Assembly: GCA_965221775.1 (NCBI GenBank)
Contig: CBDCSU010000006.1
Location: forward strand, 1,824,001 to 1,888,000
Direction: 5' to 3'
DNA: 64,000 nt
From: Candidatus Latescibacterota bacterium
Lineage (GTDB): Bacteria > Latescibacterota > UBA2968 > UBA8231
Below the pieces are notes generated by a model, which saw only the letters and a list, made by a program, of their open reading frames with translations, made no database searches and was not told where the DNA came from. Shown piece by piece: positions 47,876 through 58,044 of the stretch. The position numbers and the translations under genes were made by a program. Position 1 is the first letter of the stretch. Each line of letters starts with the position of its first letter.

Positions 47876-48670
47876 ATGGCTCAAATTCAGACCCATAATC
47901 GCCAAGTCGTTGAAGGCGTGAAAGATATGCTCGCCGTATCGAGCGGCAAGGGCGGCGTGGGCAAGTCCACCGTGAGCGCCAACCTGGCGGTGGCCATGGC
48001 CGCGGAGGGCCGCCGCGTCGGGCTGATGGACACCGACATCTACGGGCCGAACATACCCGGCATGCTCGGAGTATCCGGCCGCGCCGAGGCGGTTCCCGGC
48101 ACCCAGCGCATACGCCCGGCCGAGGCCGCCGGCGTGCGCGTCATCTCCATGGGACTGCTTGTCGATGCCGGGGTTCCGGTCATCTGGCGGGGCCCCATGC
48201 TGGCCAAGATGGTCACCCAGTTTCTGTTCTGGGTGGAGTGGGGGGAGCTCGACGTCCTTCTGCTCGACCTGCCTCCCGGCACCGGGGACGTGCAGCTCAC
48301 CCTGACGCAGACCGCGCCTCTCACCGGCGCCGTCATCGTCACCACGCCGTCGACCCTGGCCCTGGAGGACGTGGCCCGGGGCGTCCAGATGTTCCGCCAG
48401 ACCGATGTCCCCATCCTCGGTCTGCTCGAGAACATGGCCACCTTCTCGTGCCCTTCCTGCGGCGGCGCCAGCCACCCCTACGGACACGGCGGCGGGGCGG
48501 CGGCCGCGGCCGAACGGGGCATCCCCTTCCTCGGGGAGATCCCCCTCGACCCGAGTCTGCGGGACGATGCGGACGAGGGCACGCCTACCGTGTTCTCCCA
48601 TCCCGAGGCCGCTGCGGCGATCGCCCTTCGAGGCGTCGCCCGCGAGCTGCTCGACAGGCTGGAACCCTAG
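47876..48670 (+). CDS. mrp: Mrp/NBP35 (ApbC) iron-sulfur cluster carrier ATPase, short form
   Basis: SGKGGVGKST, DIYGPNIP, WRGPM, DLPPGTGD, TTP, ENM..F.CPSC. Confidence 0.92.
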   Translation: MAQIQTHNRQVVEGVKDMLAVSSGKGGVGKSTVSANLAVAMAAEGRRVGLMDTDIYGPNIPGMLGVSGRAEAVPGTQRIRPAEAAGVRVISMGLLVDAGVPVIWRGPMLAKMVTQFLFWVEWGELDVLLLDLPPGTGDVQLTLTQTAPLTGAVIVTTPSTLALEDVARGVQMFRQTDVPILGLLENMATFSCPSCGGASHPYGHGGGAAAAAERGIPFLGEIPLDPSLRDDADEGTPTVFSHPEAAAAIALRGVARELLDRLEP

Positions 48671-48682
48671 CCGCGGAGCACC

Positions 48683-50962
48683 CTACCGCGAGGTGAAGGT
48701 CACCTGGCGCCGGGTCTCGTTGCCCGCCCGGTCGCGCACCGTGACCACGAACGCATGGGGTCCGGCGGCGAGGGGGGCGTCGGGTACGGCCGTCACCCGG
48801 GCCGCCTCGGGATCGTACTCCGAGATGAGCCGTTTCCCGTCGAGCTCGAGGACCACATCCTTCTCGCGGCCGATACCGGAGCCCTGGTCGAGGACCCGCG
48901 CCGAGAACCGGGGGGCCGTCACGCTGGCGCCCTCTGTCGGCCGTACGCCGCTCACCTCCGGCGGCGTCTCGTCGATCATCACGGCGAAGTGCCCGAGAGC
49001 GCGAACCTTCGCCGCCAGGTAGCGTCCTCCCTCCTGCCGGTCGCTGCCCCGGAATCCCCAGCGGCCCCGGCCGCTGCCGGAGTAGACTCCGGCCTTCTCC
49101 ACCGGCACGCCCGCCGGAACCCGCAGCCACAGGTGGACGGGCTCGTCGAAGGCGGCGTCGGCGGGGCCGAGCCGGCAGCCGAGAGCGGTGGCGCGCAGGC
49201 CCTTGGACGCCTTCGGGTTGAAGCGCCGGGCCTGGGGGGCGAGGGGCTCATAGGCAGAGCCGGCGGAGGCCTGGAGGCGCACGTGGTCATCCAGGTAGCT
49301 CAGGGTCGCCCGCGCCCCGGGGCGCATACGCTGGCCGGAAAGGGCCAGGTCCTGCCGCGACCGGTTGCCGCCGGCGCCGCCGGCGGTGACACTCACCAGG
49401 ACCGGGTGCACTTCCGGCCCCGGCAGGGGGACGACCGCCCGATAGGTCCACCCGCCGACCTGCCGGACGGGTACCGGCGCCGGTGAACCCGCGATCTGGA
49501 CGAGGGGAAGGCCGGAGAGGGGCCCGCTGGATTCGATGTCGATCAGGGCGTGCAGGGGCCTCGCCTCGGCCGTGACCTGCAGGGCCGGGGGCCGGGGGGC
49601 GGCGGTATCGCCCGGCGAGGCCAGGATCACGGACTCCGAAGGGGCATCGCCGGCCCGCAGCGACAGCCTCCAGAACGGCGACCGCCCGGGAAGCTCCCAG
49701 GTGAAGGGGCCGTCGCTGGCCGGCACCTGTCCCTCGAGAACCTCCTTCCAGCCCTCGCCGTCGGGCGAGCTCGACAGGGTGACGGCGAGCCGGCCGCCAC
49801 CGTCCAGGGCCAGGTCGGCGTCCAGGAAGCGTCCCTCCGACGACTCCGTCAGCCGCGCCCAGCGGACCCGCGGCGGCGGGGTGCAGTGCAGGCTCAAGGC
49901 CGCGCGGCTCTCGTTGCCGGCGGCGTCGCTGGCCCGCACCTCGATCCGGTGTGTACCGGCCTCCAGGCCGCCGGGGCCGCAGGTGAGGGTACCGTCGCGG
50001 CCAGGGTCGGTCTCGTAGAAGGAGAGCCGGTTGCCGGGCCGGCGGTAGAGCAGGCTGTAGACGCCGCCCTCGAGGCGCAGGCGGTCGAGGGCCATCTGGT
50101 GCCTGTCGGCGTAGGTGAAGCGGCGGTAGCGAGAGCGCAGGAGCCGCTGGCCGTCCACGTACAGCTCGTGGACCAGGACGGCGAGCTTGTTGGGGGCCTC
50201 GTCGGCCTGGTCGTGGGAGTTCACCCCGATTCCGATACGCCCCCAGGCCGACACTTCCCGTGCGGCGACGAAGCGGCCTCTGCCGGAGGCGCTCAGGGGA
50301 ACCTGCCGTCGGAGGTGGCCGCCGTCCACGGTGGACCCGGGCCCGATGGGCAGCAGCATCAGCCCGCGCAGCACGGGGGGGGTCGTGTCCGTCACGGGCC
50401 CGATCCCCTGGAGCAGGGGGTTCACCGGTGCGTTGGCGGAGTCGCGGATCTCCAGGTGCAGGTGCGGCGGGCCGGCTCCGCTCTGGCCGGTCCAGGCGAT
50501 CCCCTGGCCTCGGCGAATCCGGATCTCCCCTTTCTTCAGCCAGAGATCGACGGTGTACTGGCGGGTACGCTGCTGCTCGGCGCGGACCCGCGAGGCCGCA
50601 GGCGCGAAGAACCTCTCCAGGTGGGCGTAGACGACGAGGCGCCCGTCGTCCAGGCGCTGGTAGAGGGCGAGGCCGTATCCCCATGGGCTGGTGCGCAGCC
50701 GCTCCACCCATCCGTCGGCCACGGCGTGCACCTGGAACCCGGTCTTGCCCCAGGTCTTCAGGTCCACCCCGGCGTGGAAGGAGGAGCTGCGGGTCTCGCC
50801 GAAGGTGGAGGTGAGGGCCGCCGGCTTCAGGTCGAGGGGCCAGCGCAGCGGAGCGGGCTGCGCCGAGGCGGAGGCGGCGCAGATCAGCGACAGGAGGAAG
50901 AGCCCCCGGCGGACCCGGCGGAGTCGTGGGATGGTGCCGCACCCGCGCCGGTCAGGCGCCAT
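48683..50962 (-). CDS. M23 family metallopeptidase with long C-terminal beta-rich/Ig-like regions
   Basis: Signal peptide, TFGETR..FHAGVDLKT (HxxxD), YAHL, GPPHLHLE (HxH), repeated D.AGNE modules. Confidence 0.82.
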   Translation of the reverse strand: MAPDRRGCGTIPRLRRVRRGLFLLSLICAASASAQPAPLRWPLDLKPAALTSTFGETRSSSFHAGVDLKTWGKTGFQVHAVADGWVERLRTSPWGYGLALYQRLDDGRLVVYAHLERFFAPAASRVRAEQQRTRQYTVDLWLKKGEIRIRRGQGIAWTGQSGAGPPHLHLEIRDSANAPVNPLLQGIGPVTDTTPPVLRGLMLLPIGPGSTVDGGHLRRQVPLSASGRGRFVAAREVSAWGRIGIGVNSHDQADEAPNKLAVLVHELYVDGQRLLRSRYRRFTYADRHQMALDRLRLEGGVYSLLYRRPGNRLSFYETDPGRDGTLTCGPGGLEAGTHRIEVRASDAAGNESRAALSLHCTPPPRVRWARLTESSEGRFLDADLALDGGGRLAVTLSSSPDGEGWKEVLEGQVPASDGPFTWELPGRSPFWRLSLRAGDAPSESVILASPGDTAAPRPPALQVTAEARPLHALIDIESSGPLSGLPLVQIAGSPAPVPVRQVGGWTYRAVVPLPGPEVHPVLVSVTAGGAGGNRSRQDLALSGQRMRPGARATLSYLDDHVRLQASAGSAYEPLAPQARRFNPKASKGLRATALGCRLGPADAAFDEPVHLWLRVPAGVPVEKAGVYSGSGRGRWGFRGSDRQEGGRYLAAKVRALGHFAVMIDETPPEVSGVRPTEGASVTAPRFSARVLDQGSGIGREKDVVLELDGKRLISEYDPEAARVTAVPDAPLAAGPHAFVVTVRDRAGNETRRQVTFTSR

Positions 50963-51623
50963 TCGGATATACCCTCAAATCGATCCGGCCGCCGGACACC
51001 GCGACGTAGTGGTGGGGCTCTTCGGTCCAGGCCCCGGTGTTGAGGTAGCGCCTCCCGTCGCGCTCCAGCTCCATCGGAGCGTGGGTGTGGCCGCAGGTGA
51101 TCGCCTGCAGACCCTGGGCCCGGGCGGTGTCGAGGGCGCGGTGGGCGACATGCTCGTTGAGCACCCGGTAGAGCAAGCCCCAGTTCTTGGCGTAATGGGC
51201 GACGTGGACATCCTCCAGCCCGAGACGGACGCGCAGCCGGTGGAAGCGCCTGAAGGCCGCGATGAACCAGGGATGGCGCGGCATCACTCCGTCGAGCTTG
51301 TCGCCGTGTACGACCAGGAGCCGCCCGTCCACCGTAAGCCGGTGCACGAACTCGATGCCGCCAGGGTCGGCGAGGCCGAAGTCCTCGTCGTGGTTCCCGA
51401 AGACGAAGACCACCGGGCGGTGGGCCGACTCCTCCACCAGCCGGCGCAGCACCTGCTCGTGCTCGGGCGGCAGGGGATCGGCCGGGTCGTCGATGGTGTC
51501 GCCATTGAGGACGAGCCGCACCCCCTCCGGCAACTCCCTGAGGAAGCGCAGGAAGTTCTCGTGGCGGAAGTAGGCGCTGCCCAGGTGGAGGTCGCTGACG
51601 ATGTACGTATCGCCGGCTGCCAA
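50952..51623 (-). CDS. Calcineurin-like metallophosphoesterase (UDP-2,3-diacylglucosamine diphosphatase/LpxH-like); start uncertain
   Basis: SDLHLG, LNGDTID, GNHD, HGD, CGHTH, YLNTGAW; AAGGA before TTG 51623. Confidence 0.8.
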   Translation of the reverse strand: MAAGDTYIVSDLHLGSAYFRHENFLRFLRELPEGVRLVLNGDTIDDPADPLPPEHEQVLRRLVEESAHRPVVFVFGNHDEDFGLADPGGIEFVHRLTVDGRLLVVHGDKLDGVMPRHPWFIAAFRRFHRLRVRLGLEDVHVAHYAKNWGLLYRVLNEHVAHRALDTARAQGLQAITCGHTHAPMELERDGRRYLNTGAWTEEPHHYVAVSGGRIDLRVYPNGA

Positions 51624-51714
51624 CGGGGTCCTTGCCGAATCTGGGAGAGGGCGGTTATTAACATCCCGCGCGTGGGGCGCGCGGCACCGGATGAATAACG
51701 CGACAAGGCAGGGC

Positions 51715-53190
51715 ATGTGCAAAGAAGACTCGGGCCGGCGGGGTCTGGAGCGCCGGGAGGAGGAACGCCAGGAGGCGCTTCTGGCCCACCTGGAGCGACT
51801 CCTGCCCGACCGGGGGCGGTCACAAGCCTTCCGCGCCGCCATGGTGGCCGAGCCTTCCACATGCGTGCGGCTCAACTCCCTGCTGCCGGTGGCGGAGAGT
51901 CTGCGCGGCCTGCTGGCGGAAGAGGCCGAACCGGTGCCCTGGTCCCCCGACGCCTTCACGCTGCGGACGGACAGCTCCGCCGCCGTCGGCCACAGTCTGG
52001 AGTACCGTCTTGGGGCGCTGTACGTCCAGGCCAAGGCCACCACTCTCGCCTCCGTCGTCCTCGATCCCCGCCCGGGCCAGCTCGTCCTCGACTTGGCCGC
52101 CGCCCCGGGCGGCAAGGCGACGCAGATCGCCGCGGCCCTGGGAAACACCGGGATCCTGGTCGCCAACGAGCCCGGCGCCCGGCGCCGGCCGGCGCTGGTG
52201 GGCCATCTCGAGCGCTGCGGCGCCCACAACACCCTGATCACCGGCGCCCCGGGGTCGATGATGGCGCGCTGGTTCCACAATGTCTTCGACCGGGTCCTGC
52301 TGGACGCCCCCTGCTCGGGTGACGGCATCTTGTGCAAGGACCGCCACATGCTCGCCTGGTGGTCGCCCGAAGATGCCCGCCGCAAGAGCGTGCAGCAGGT
52401 CGGCCTCCTGAGGGCCGCCTTCCACATGCTGCGGCCGGGGGGCCGCCTGGTCTACTCGACCTGTTCTCTGTCGACGGAGGAGAACGAGGATGTCCTCCTC
52501 GGGCTGGTGAAGAGGTACGGGGATCTGGCCGCCATCGAGACGGTGGCAGGGGTGAAGGCATCCGGTCTGGCGCCGGAGGCCGCCGCCCGGTATCCCGCCG
52601 CCTTCGGCGGGTGCGTCCGCGTGTGGCCCCACGAGCATGCTACAGAGGGGGCCTTCGTGGCGGCCGTGGGCAAGCAGGGGGCCACCGGATGGGACCCGGT
52701 CGAAGGCGACGCGGGTCGACTGCTGGCCGGGCCTCCCCCTGAGCCGGACCCCGCCGGCATGGCGGAGAGGATCCGCCAGCGCTGGGGCTTCTCGCCGGAA
52801 ATCGCCCCCGGCCAGGAGCTGATCGCCGGCCGGCGGCACCTGCAACTGCGGCCGGCGGGGGCCGCCCGGCTCCAGGGGGAGTTCCCGTGGTTCGTGCGCA
52901 CCGGGATGCGCGTGGCCGGTCTCCACAAGGGAGCCCTGCACCTGTCGCAGCAGGCCGTGGCTCTCTGGGGGCACCAGGTTCGCGAACGGCGCTTCGACCT
53001 ATCCTGGCCCCAGGTGGCGGCCCTCTTCCGCGGGGAAGAGGTGGACCTGCCCTCGCCGCCCGCGGGCGAGGGCATCTGCTTCCACGACGGCCACCCTGTC
53101 TGCCGGGGCCTGCCGACCGGCGAGGGCCGTCTGCGGGGCTACCTGCCCAAGGTCTCTCGGACCGACCGCCTCCAGGGGCTGTTTCGGTGA
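51715..53190 (+). CDS. RsmB/NOP family RNA m5C methyltransferase (RsmF/YebU-like)
   Basis: VLDLAAAPGGKATQ, ANE, DAPCSGDG, YSTCS..EENE, GAFVA. Confidence 0.88.
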   Translation: MCKEDSGRRGLERREEERQEALLAHLERLLPDRGRSQAFRAAMVAEPSTCVRLNSLLPVAESLRGLLAEEAEPVPWSPDAFTLRTDSSAAVGHSLEYRLGALYVQAKATTLASVVLDPRPGQLVLDLAAAPGGKATQIAAALGNTGILVANEPGARRRPALVGHLERCGAHNTLITGAPGSMMARWFHNVFDRVLLDAPCSGDGILCKDRHMLAWWSPEDARRKSVQQVGLLRAAFHMLRPGGRLVYSTCSLSTEENEDVLLGLVKRYGDLAAIETVAGVKASGLAPEAAARYPAAFGGCVRVWPHEHATEGAFVAAVGKQGATGWDPVEGDAGRLLAGPPPEPDPAGMAERIRQRWGFSPEIAPGQELIAGRRHLQLRPAGAARLQGEFPWFVRTGMRVAGLHKGALHLSQQAVALWGHQVRERRFDLSWPQVAALFRGEEVDLPSPPAGEGICFHDGHPVCRGLPTGEGRLRGYLPKVSRTDRLQGLFR

Positions 53191-54296
53191 GCCGCTCCGG
53201 CCCGACCGGGTTGGCCGGGCTGCTGGCTTGGGCCTGCCTCGTCAGCGCCCTGCCCCTTTGGGCTCAGCCCTCGGCGCACCGGCCTGTCTTCCAGAAGGGT
53301 ATGACCTTCACCCATGGCTACGGCAGCGACGACAACCTGATGTCCGGGACCTCGACGGCCGCCTTGGAGCATCTCCGCCGGGTCAACGTCGAGTGGATCG
53401 CCCTCAATCCCTTCGCCTACCAGCGCAGCGTGGACGACGCGGCCCTGCGATTCGGGAGAGACCCGCCCGACGAACATCTCCGCCACGGCATCCGCGAGGC
53501 CCGCCGGCTCGGCTTCAAGGTCATGCTCAAGCCCCACGTCTGGGTGCGCCGGCAGAGCAGCGAGCACTGGCGGGGCACCATCGGCATGGCCACGGAGGAG
53601 GCCTGGCAGCAGTGGTGGAGCCACTACGAGAGCTTCGTCCTCCACTACGCCCGCATCGCGGCGGCGGAGGGGGTGGAGATCTACTGCGTCGGCGTCGAGC
53701 TCACCCGTGTCGCCAGGGAACGGCCGGAGGACTGGCGGCGGCTGATCGCGCGAGTGCGCGAGGCCTACCCCGGGCCGCTGACGTACGCGGCCAACTGGTG
53801 GGAGGAGTACGACCGGGTCGAGTTCTGGGACGTCCTCGACTACATCGGCATCAACGCCTTCTTCCCCCTCGCCGAGCAACCGGACCCCGGCCTCGGGCCA
53901 CAGGATCCCAACCTGGAGCAGCTGCGCGCCGGCGCCGTGAGGATCGCGGACGGGATCGAGGCGCTCCAAGAGCTCACCGGACGCCCGGTGCTGCTCACGG
54001 AGATCGGCTACAAGTCGGTTCGCGGCGCCAGCCTGCGGCCCTGGGAGTGGACGCGCAGGCCGGAGCCGGACCTGTCGATGGAGGAGCAGGCCCTGTGCTA
54101 CCAGGCGGTGCTGGAGGCGTTCTGGCCGCGCCCATGGTTCCACGGCATGTACTGGTGGAAGTGGCACTCCGACCTGCGTGGCGGTGAGGAGCATGGCGGA
54201 TTCACGCCCCTCGGCAAGCCCGCCGAGAAGGTCCTCACCGAGTGGTACCAGCGTCTCCGGCCCGTGCCCTCCACCCCGGTTCGTCCCCCCCGCTAG
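53187..54296 (+). CDS. Secreted glycoside hydrolase, GH113-like TIM barrel
   Basis: Signal peptide, VMLKPHVW, GVEL, LTYAANW, LDYIGINAFFPL, LTEIGY, GMYWWKW, GFTPLGKPAE. Confidence 0.8.
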   Translation: MSRSGPTGLAGLLAWACLVSALPLWAQPSAHRPVFQKGMTFTHGYGSDDNLMSGTSTAALEHLRRVNVEWIALNPFAYQRSVDDAALRFGRDPPDEHLRHGIREARRLGFKVMLKPHVWVRRQSSEHWRGTIGMATEEAWQQWWSHYESFVLHYARIAAAEGVEIYCVGVELTRVARERPEDWRRLIARVREAYPGPLTYAANWWEEYDRVEFWDVLDYIGINAFFPLAEQPDPGLGPQDPNLEQLRAGAVRIADGIEALQELTGRPVLLTEIGYKSVRGASLRPWEWTRRPEPDLSMEEQALCYQAVLEAFWPRPWFHGMYWWKWHSDLRGGEEHGGFTPLGKPAEKVLTEWYQRLRPVPSTPVRPPR

Positions 54297-54364
54297 AAAC
54301 GGGAAACCCCTTCCCTCCGGCGGCAGCCTTTTCCCGGACAGGTGTGCGGATGGGGAGACGGGAA

Positions 54365-54380
54365 CCACCATATCTGGTGG
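54365..54380. promoter_or_regulatory. Perfect palindrome CCACCA-N4-TGGTGG upstream of the sigma54 site (possible regulator site)
   Basis: ccaccatatctggtgg, about 60-75 nt upstream of the predicted +1; followed by an AT-richer stretch. Confidence 0.4.
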
Positions 54381-54412
54381 AGCGTATTCCCCTACGATAC
54401 CATATCATGCTT

Positions 54413-54428
54413 TGGCACAGGGGTTGCA
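54413..54428 (+). promoter_or_regulatory. Sigma54 (RpoN) -24/-12 promoter
   Basis: TGGCAC-AGGGG-TTGCA (context TTTGGCACAGGGGTTGCAAG) matches TGGCAC-N5-TTGC(A/T) with exact spacing, in an intergenic region. Confidence 0.75.
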
Positions 54429-54438
54429 AGGAGACGGC

Positions 54439-54560
54439 CAACACCTCGTGACCGGGCGTTGCGTCCTCCCCGCCGCCCGGGAACGATCCCGGCGGCCGTC
54501 CCCCGGCCCCGGGTCCCGCGCCGGGCGGTCCGCTCCCCGAGACCGTCCGGCGCACCTGTT
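54439..54560 (+). ncRNA. Candidate sigma54-dependent small RNA with three C-rich-loop hairpins
   Basis: Begins at the predicted +1 of the sigma54 site; hairpins 54452-54480 (loop UCCUCCC), 54488-54513 (loop UCCCC), 54518-54553 (13-bp stem, loop CGCUCCCCGA); no plausible sense CDS follows. Confidence 0.55.
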
Positions 54561-55172
54561 CTACCCCCCCGTCCAGCGCGGGAACAGGTCGTGCTCCAGC
54601 CCCAGGAGGGAGAGGATGCGGCCGGCCATGAAGTCCCCCAGATCTTCGAAGGTCCGCGGCTTCTGGTAGAAGGCCGGCATGGCCGGCACCACCGACGCTC
54701 CGGCCTCGGCGGCGGCCACGAGGTTGCGCAGCTGGATCAGGTTCAGCGGGGTTTCACGCACCACCAGCACGAGGGGCCGCTTCTCCTTCAGAGTCACGTC
54801 CGCGGAGCGCTCGATGAGGTTCGACGAGGCGCCGCGGGCGATGCCGGAAAGGGTCTTCACCGAGCACGGCACGACGACCATGCCGTCCATCGGCGCCGAC
54901 CCGGAGGAGATCTCACGGGTCAGGTCGTTGACACCGTGTACATCGAGACTCCCCTCGCGGACCTCTTCCCCCGTGGTGCGCGCCAGGAAGTCGAAGATCG
55001 GCTCGCGGTCGGGTTCCCAGCCGAGCTCCTCGTGCATCACGTAGCGGCCGTACCGCGACATCACCAGGTGCACGTGGTGCCCGGAGGCCAGCAGCGCCCG
55101 CAGGGCGCGCGCTCCGTAGAGGGCGCCGCTGGCCCCCGTGACACCGACGACGAAAGACCTCGGCTGCCTCAC
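54561..55172 (-). CDS. ubiX: Flavin prenyltransferase UbiX/MqnM
   Basis: [53 protein letters not shown]. Confidence 0.93.
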   Translation of the reverse strand: MRQPRSFVVGVTGASGALYGARALRALLASGHHVHLVMSRYGRYVMHEELGWEPDREPIFDFLARTTGEEVREGSLDVHGVNDLTREISSGSAPMDGMVVVPCSVKTLSGIARGASSNLIERSADVTLKEKRPLVLVVRETPLNLIQLRNLVAAAEAGASVVPAMPAFYQKPRTFEDLGDFMAGRILSLLGLEHDLFPRWTGG

Positions 55173-57160
55173 GGGGAATCGTCCCCGTTCAGCGCCCGCC
55201 GGCCGGCGTCGAGCAGCTTCACGATCTCGTCGGGGTCGTAGACGCAGCCGCCCCAGGTGCCGCCGCCGGCCTGCTGCAAGGCCGCCCACAGGCGGGTGTC
55301 GTCGGGCAGCTCCTCCTCGGGCGCCAGGTCGGGTCGGGGAGGCCGGCCGGCGAGCACCCGCGCTCCCTCCTGCGCCCCGAAGACCTCCTCTCCGTGCCCC
55401 ACCAGGTCGATGCTCCCCCTCAGGTTGCGCGTGTCGATCCGGACCTCCACCACGTCGCCCTCGATCAACCGGCCGACCGGGCCGCCGGCGAGGGCCTCGG
55501 GCCCAACGTGGCCGATGCAGGGGCCGCTGGAGAACCCGGAGAACCGGGCGTCGGTCAGCAGGGCCACCTGGCCGCCGGACTCCCAGTACTTCAGCGCGAT
55601 CGTCACCTGGGCGATCTCCTCCATGCCGCTGCCCATGGGGCCGCAGGAGAGCAGCACCATCACCTCCCCGGCGGAGATCCGGCCTTCCTTGATCGCCGCC
55701 ATGGCGGCGCGCTCGGTGGTGAACATCCTGGCCGGTCCGCGCAGGCGGTAGACGCCGTCCTCGTCCAGCAGGGCCGGGTCGATGGCCGTGCTCTTCACCA
55801 CCGAGCCCTCGGGCGCCAGGTTGCCGGTGGGGAAGCAGACGGTGCTGGTCATGCCCTTGGCGCGGGCGCCGTCCGGGTCGTGGATCACGTCCCCGGGGTC
55901 GACCCCGTCGAGCGCCTGCAGCCGGTCCCGCACCCGCCGCCGGCGTTCGCTGTCCTCCCACCAGTCCAGGTTCTCGCCGAGGCTGCGGCCGGTGGCGGTG
56001 GTCGCGCCGAGGTCGAGGAGCCCCATGGCGCGCAGGTGCAGCATCACCTCGGGCACGCCGCCGGCCAGGAAGACGCGCACCGTCGGGTGGTGCGTGGGCC
56101 CGTTGGGCAGCACGTCCACCAGCCGGGGCACCTGCCGGTTCACGCGGTCCCAGTCCTCGACGGTCGGCCGCCGCAGTCCCGCGGCGTGAGCGATGGCCGG
56201 CACGTGCAGGAGCAGGTTGGTGGAGCCGCCGAAGGCGGCGTGGACGATCATGGCGTTCTCGACGGCGGCGTCGGTCAGCACGTCCGCCGAGGTGAGGCCC
56301 AGCGACTCCAGGGCGACGATGGCGCGTCCGGAGCGCAGGGCCATGTCGCGCCACACCGGCTCGCCCGAGGGAGCCAGGGCCGCGTGAGGCAGGGTGAGGC
56401 CCATGGCCTCGGCCACGACCTGGGCGGTAGCCGCCGTGCCGAGGAACTGGCAGCCGCCCCCGGGGGTGGCGCAGGCGCGGCAGCCGAGGTCGTTGACCTC
56501 GTCGATGGTGATCTCGCCGCGGGCCAGGCGCGAGCCCACCGACTGGATCTTGCCGGCGTCCTCGCCGTGCTCCGGGGGCAGGGTCACCCCTCCGGGCACC
56601 GCGACCACCGGCAGGCCGCGGGCGCCGGCGAGGGCGATCAGGATCGCCGGCAGCCCCTTGTCGCAGGTGCCCACGCCGATCACCCCGCGCCGCCGCGGCA
56701 GGGAGCGGATCAGCCGCCTCATGACGATGGCCGCGTCGTTGCGGTAGGGCAGGCTGTCGAACATCCCCGTGGTGCCCTGGGAGCGGCCGTCGCACGGGTC
56801 GGAGCAGTAGGCGGCGTAGGGGATGCTGCCGAGCCGGGTGATCTCCCGGGCGGCCTCCTCCATGAGCAGACCCACCTCCCAGTGTCCGGTGTGGTAGCCG
56901 AGGGCCACCGGCGTGCCGTCCGGAGCGCGGATACCGCCGAGGGTGCTGACGATGAGGAACTCCTTGCGCCCGAGATGGGCGGGGTTCCAGCCCATGCCGG
57001 CGTTCTGGCTGTAGGCGAAGATGTCGCCGCTCGGCGAGCCGATCACCGTCTCCTCGTCGAGGTTCAGGCGGCCTGCCGGCCCCGCGGCGCGGGTGCGGAT
57101 CTCGTAGACCTCGTCGCCGCCGCCTTCGAGGAGGTCGTCGAGGTTCACGGTCCCGGTCAC
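55169..57160 (-). CDS. YjhG/YagF-type D-xylonate dehydratase (IlvD/Edd family)
   Basis: [74 protein letters not shown]. Confidence 0.88.
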   Translation of the reverse strand: MTGTVNLDDLLEGGGDEVYEIRTRAAGPAGRLNLDEETVIGSPSGDIFAYSQNAGMGWNPAHLGRKEFLIVSTLGGIRAPDGTPVALGYHTGHWEVGLLMEEAAREITRLGSIPYAAYCSDPCDGRSQGTTGMFDSLPYRNDAAIVMRRLIRSLPRRRGVIGVGTCDKGLPAILIALAGARGLPVVAVPGGVTLPPEHGEDAGKIQSVGSRLARGEITIDEVNDLGCRACATPGGGCQFLGTAATAQVVAEAMGLTLPHAALAPSGEPVWRDMALRSGRAIVALESLGLTSADVLTDAAVENAMIVHAAFGGSTNLLLHVPAIAHAAGLRRPTVEDWDRVNRQVPRLVDVLPNGPTHHPTVRVFLAGGVPEVMLHLRAMGLLDLGATTATGRSLGENLDWWEDSERRRRVRDRLQALDGVDPGDVIHDPDGARAKGMTSTVCFPTGNLAPEGSVVKSTAIDPALLDEDGVYRLRGPARMFTTERAAMAAIKEGRISAGEVMVLLSCGPMGSGMEEIAQVTIALKYWESGGQVALLTDARFSGFSSGPCIGHVGPEALAGGPVGRLIEGDVVEVRIDTRNLRGSIDLVGHGEEVFGAQEGARVLAGRPPRPDLAPEEELPDDTRLWAALQQAGGGTWGGCVYDPDEIVKLLDAGRRALNGDDSP

Positions 57161-58044
57161 GGCAGGATCCGCGGAGGCTCGCCCAGCATCAGCAGGTCGG
57201 CCAGGGTGAAGGCGAGGTAGGCGACGCTCACGAGGCTGTTCATGGTCATGAAGGCGGTGTTCACCTTGGTCAGGTCGTCGGGTTTCACCAGGCGGTGCTC
57301 CCAGGCGAGCAGGGCGGCGATGGCGGCGACGCCGGCGAAGTAGACCAGGTGCAGGCCGGCGGCCAGGCCGACCCAGATCATGAACAGCACCGCGAGCAGG
57401 TGGAAAAGCCGCGCCAGGCGCAGGGCCCCGGCGAGGCCGAAGCGCGCGGGGATCGAATGCAGGCCGGCCCCGATGTCGAAGTCGTGATCCTGGCAGGCGT
57501 AGAGCACGTCGAACCCGGCGACCCAGGAAAGCACCGCCAGGCCGAGGAGGACCGGGGGCAGGTCGAAGCCGCCGGCCACAGCGATCCAGGCGCCCAGCGG
57601 GGCCAGGCCGAGGCTGGCCCCGAGGAAGAGGTGAGAGCCCCAGGTGAAACGCTTGGTGTAGGAGTAGCCGAGGATCACGGCGAGGGCCACCGGCGACAGG
57701 GCCAGGCAGAGCGGGTTCAACTGCCAGGCGGCGGCCACGAACACCGCCGAGGACAGGACGACGAAGGCGGCGGCGGCTCCCGTCGACAGGGCCCCGGTGA
57801 CCAGCTCGCGCTGCGCCGTGCGCGGGTTGTCCGCGTCGATGCGGCGGTCGACGATGCGGTTGAAGCCCATGGCCGCCGAGCGAGCCGCAACCATGGCGAC
57901 CACGATCCACAGCACCTGACGGGGGTGAATGCCGGTGACGGCGGCGGCCAGGGCGGCGCCGCTGAGGGCGAAGGGCAGGGCGAAGATGCTGTGGGAGAAC
58001 TTGATCAACCGGCCGTAGAGGAGGACCGGGGACAGGACGTTCAT
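57157..58044 (-). CDS. mqnP: UbiA-family polyprenyltransferase (MqnP-type)
   Basis: [57 protein letters not shown]. Confidence 0.88.
   Translation of the reverse strand: MNVLSPVLLYGRLIKFSHSIFALPFALSGAALAAAVTGIHPRQVLWIVVAMVAARSAAMGFNRIVDRRIDADNPRTAQRELVTGALSTGAAAAFVVLSSAVFVAAAWQLNPLCLALSPVALAVILGYSYTKRFTWGSHLFLGASLGLAPLGAWIAVAGGFDLPPVLLGLAVLSWVAGFDVLYACQDHDFDIGAGLHSIPARFGLAGALRLARLFHLLAVLFMIWVGLAAGLHLVYFAGVAAIAALLAWEHRLVKPDDLTKVNTAFMTMNSLVSVAYLAFTLADLLMLGEPPRILP

Noticed and set aside
54178-54669. + strand ORF crossing the sigma54 promoter, with AGGAG before GTG 54448
   Set aside because: No motifs, runs antisense into ubiX, and the AGGAG lies upstream of the predicted +1; an RNA interpretation fits better.
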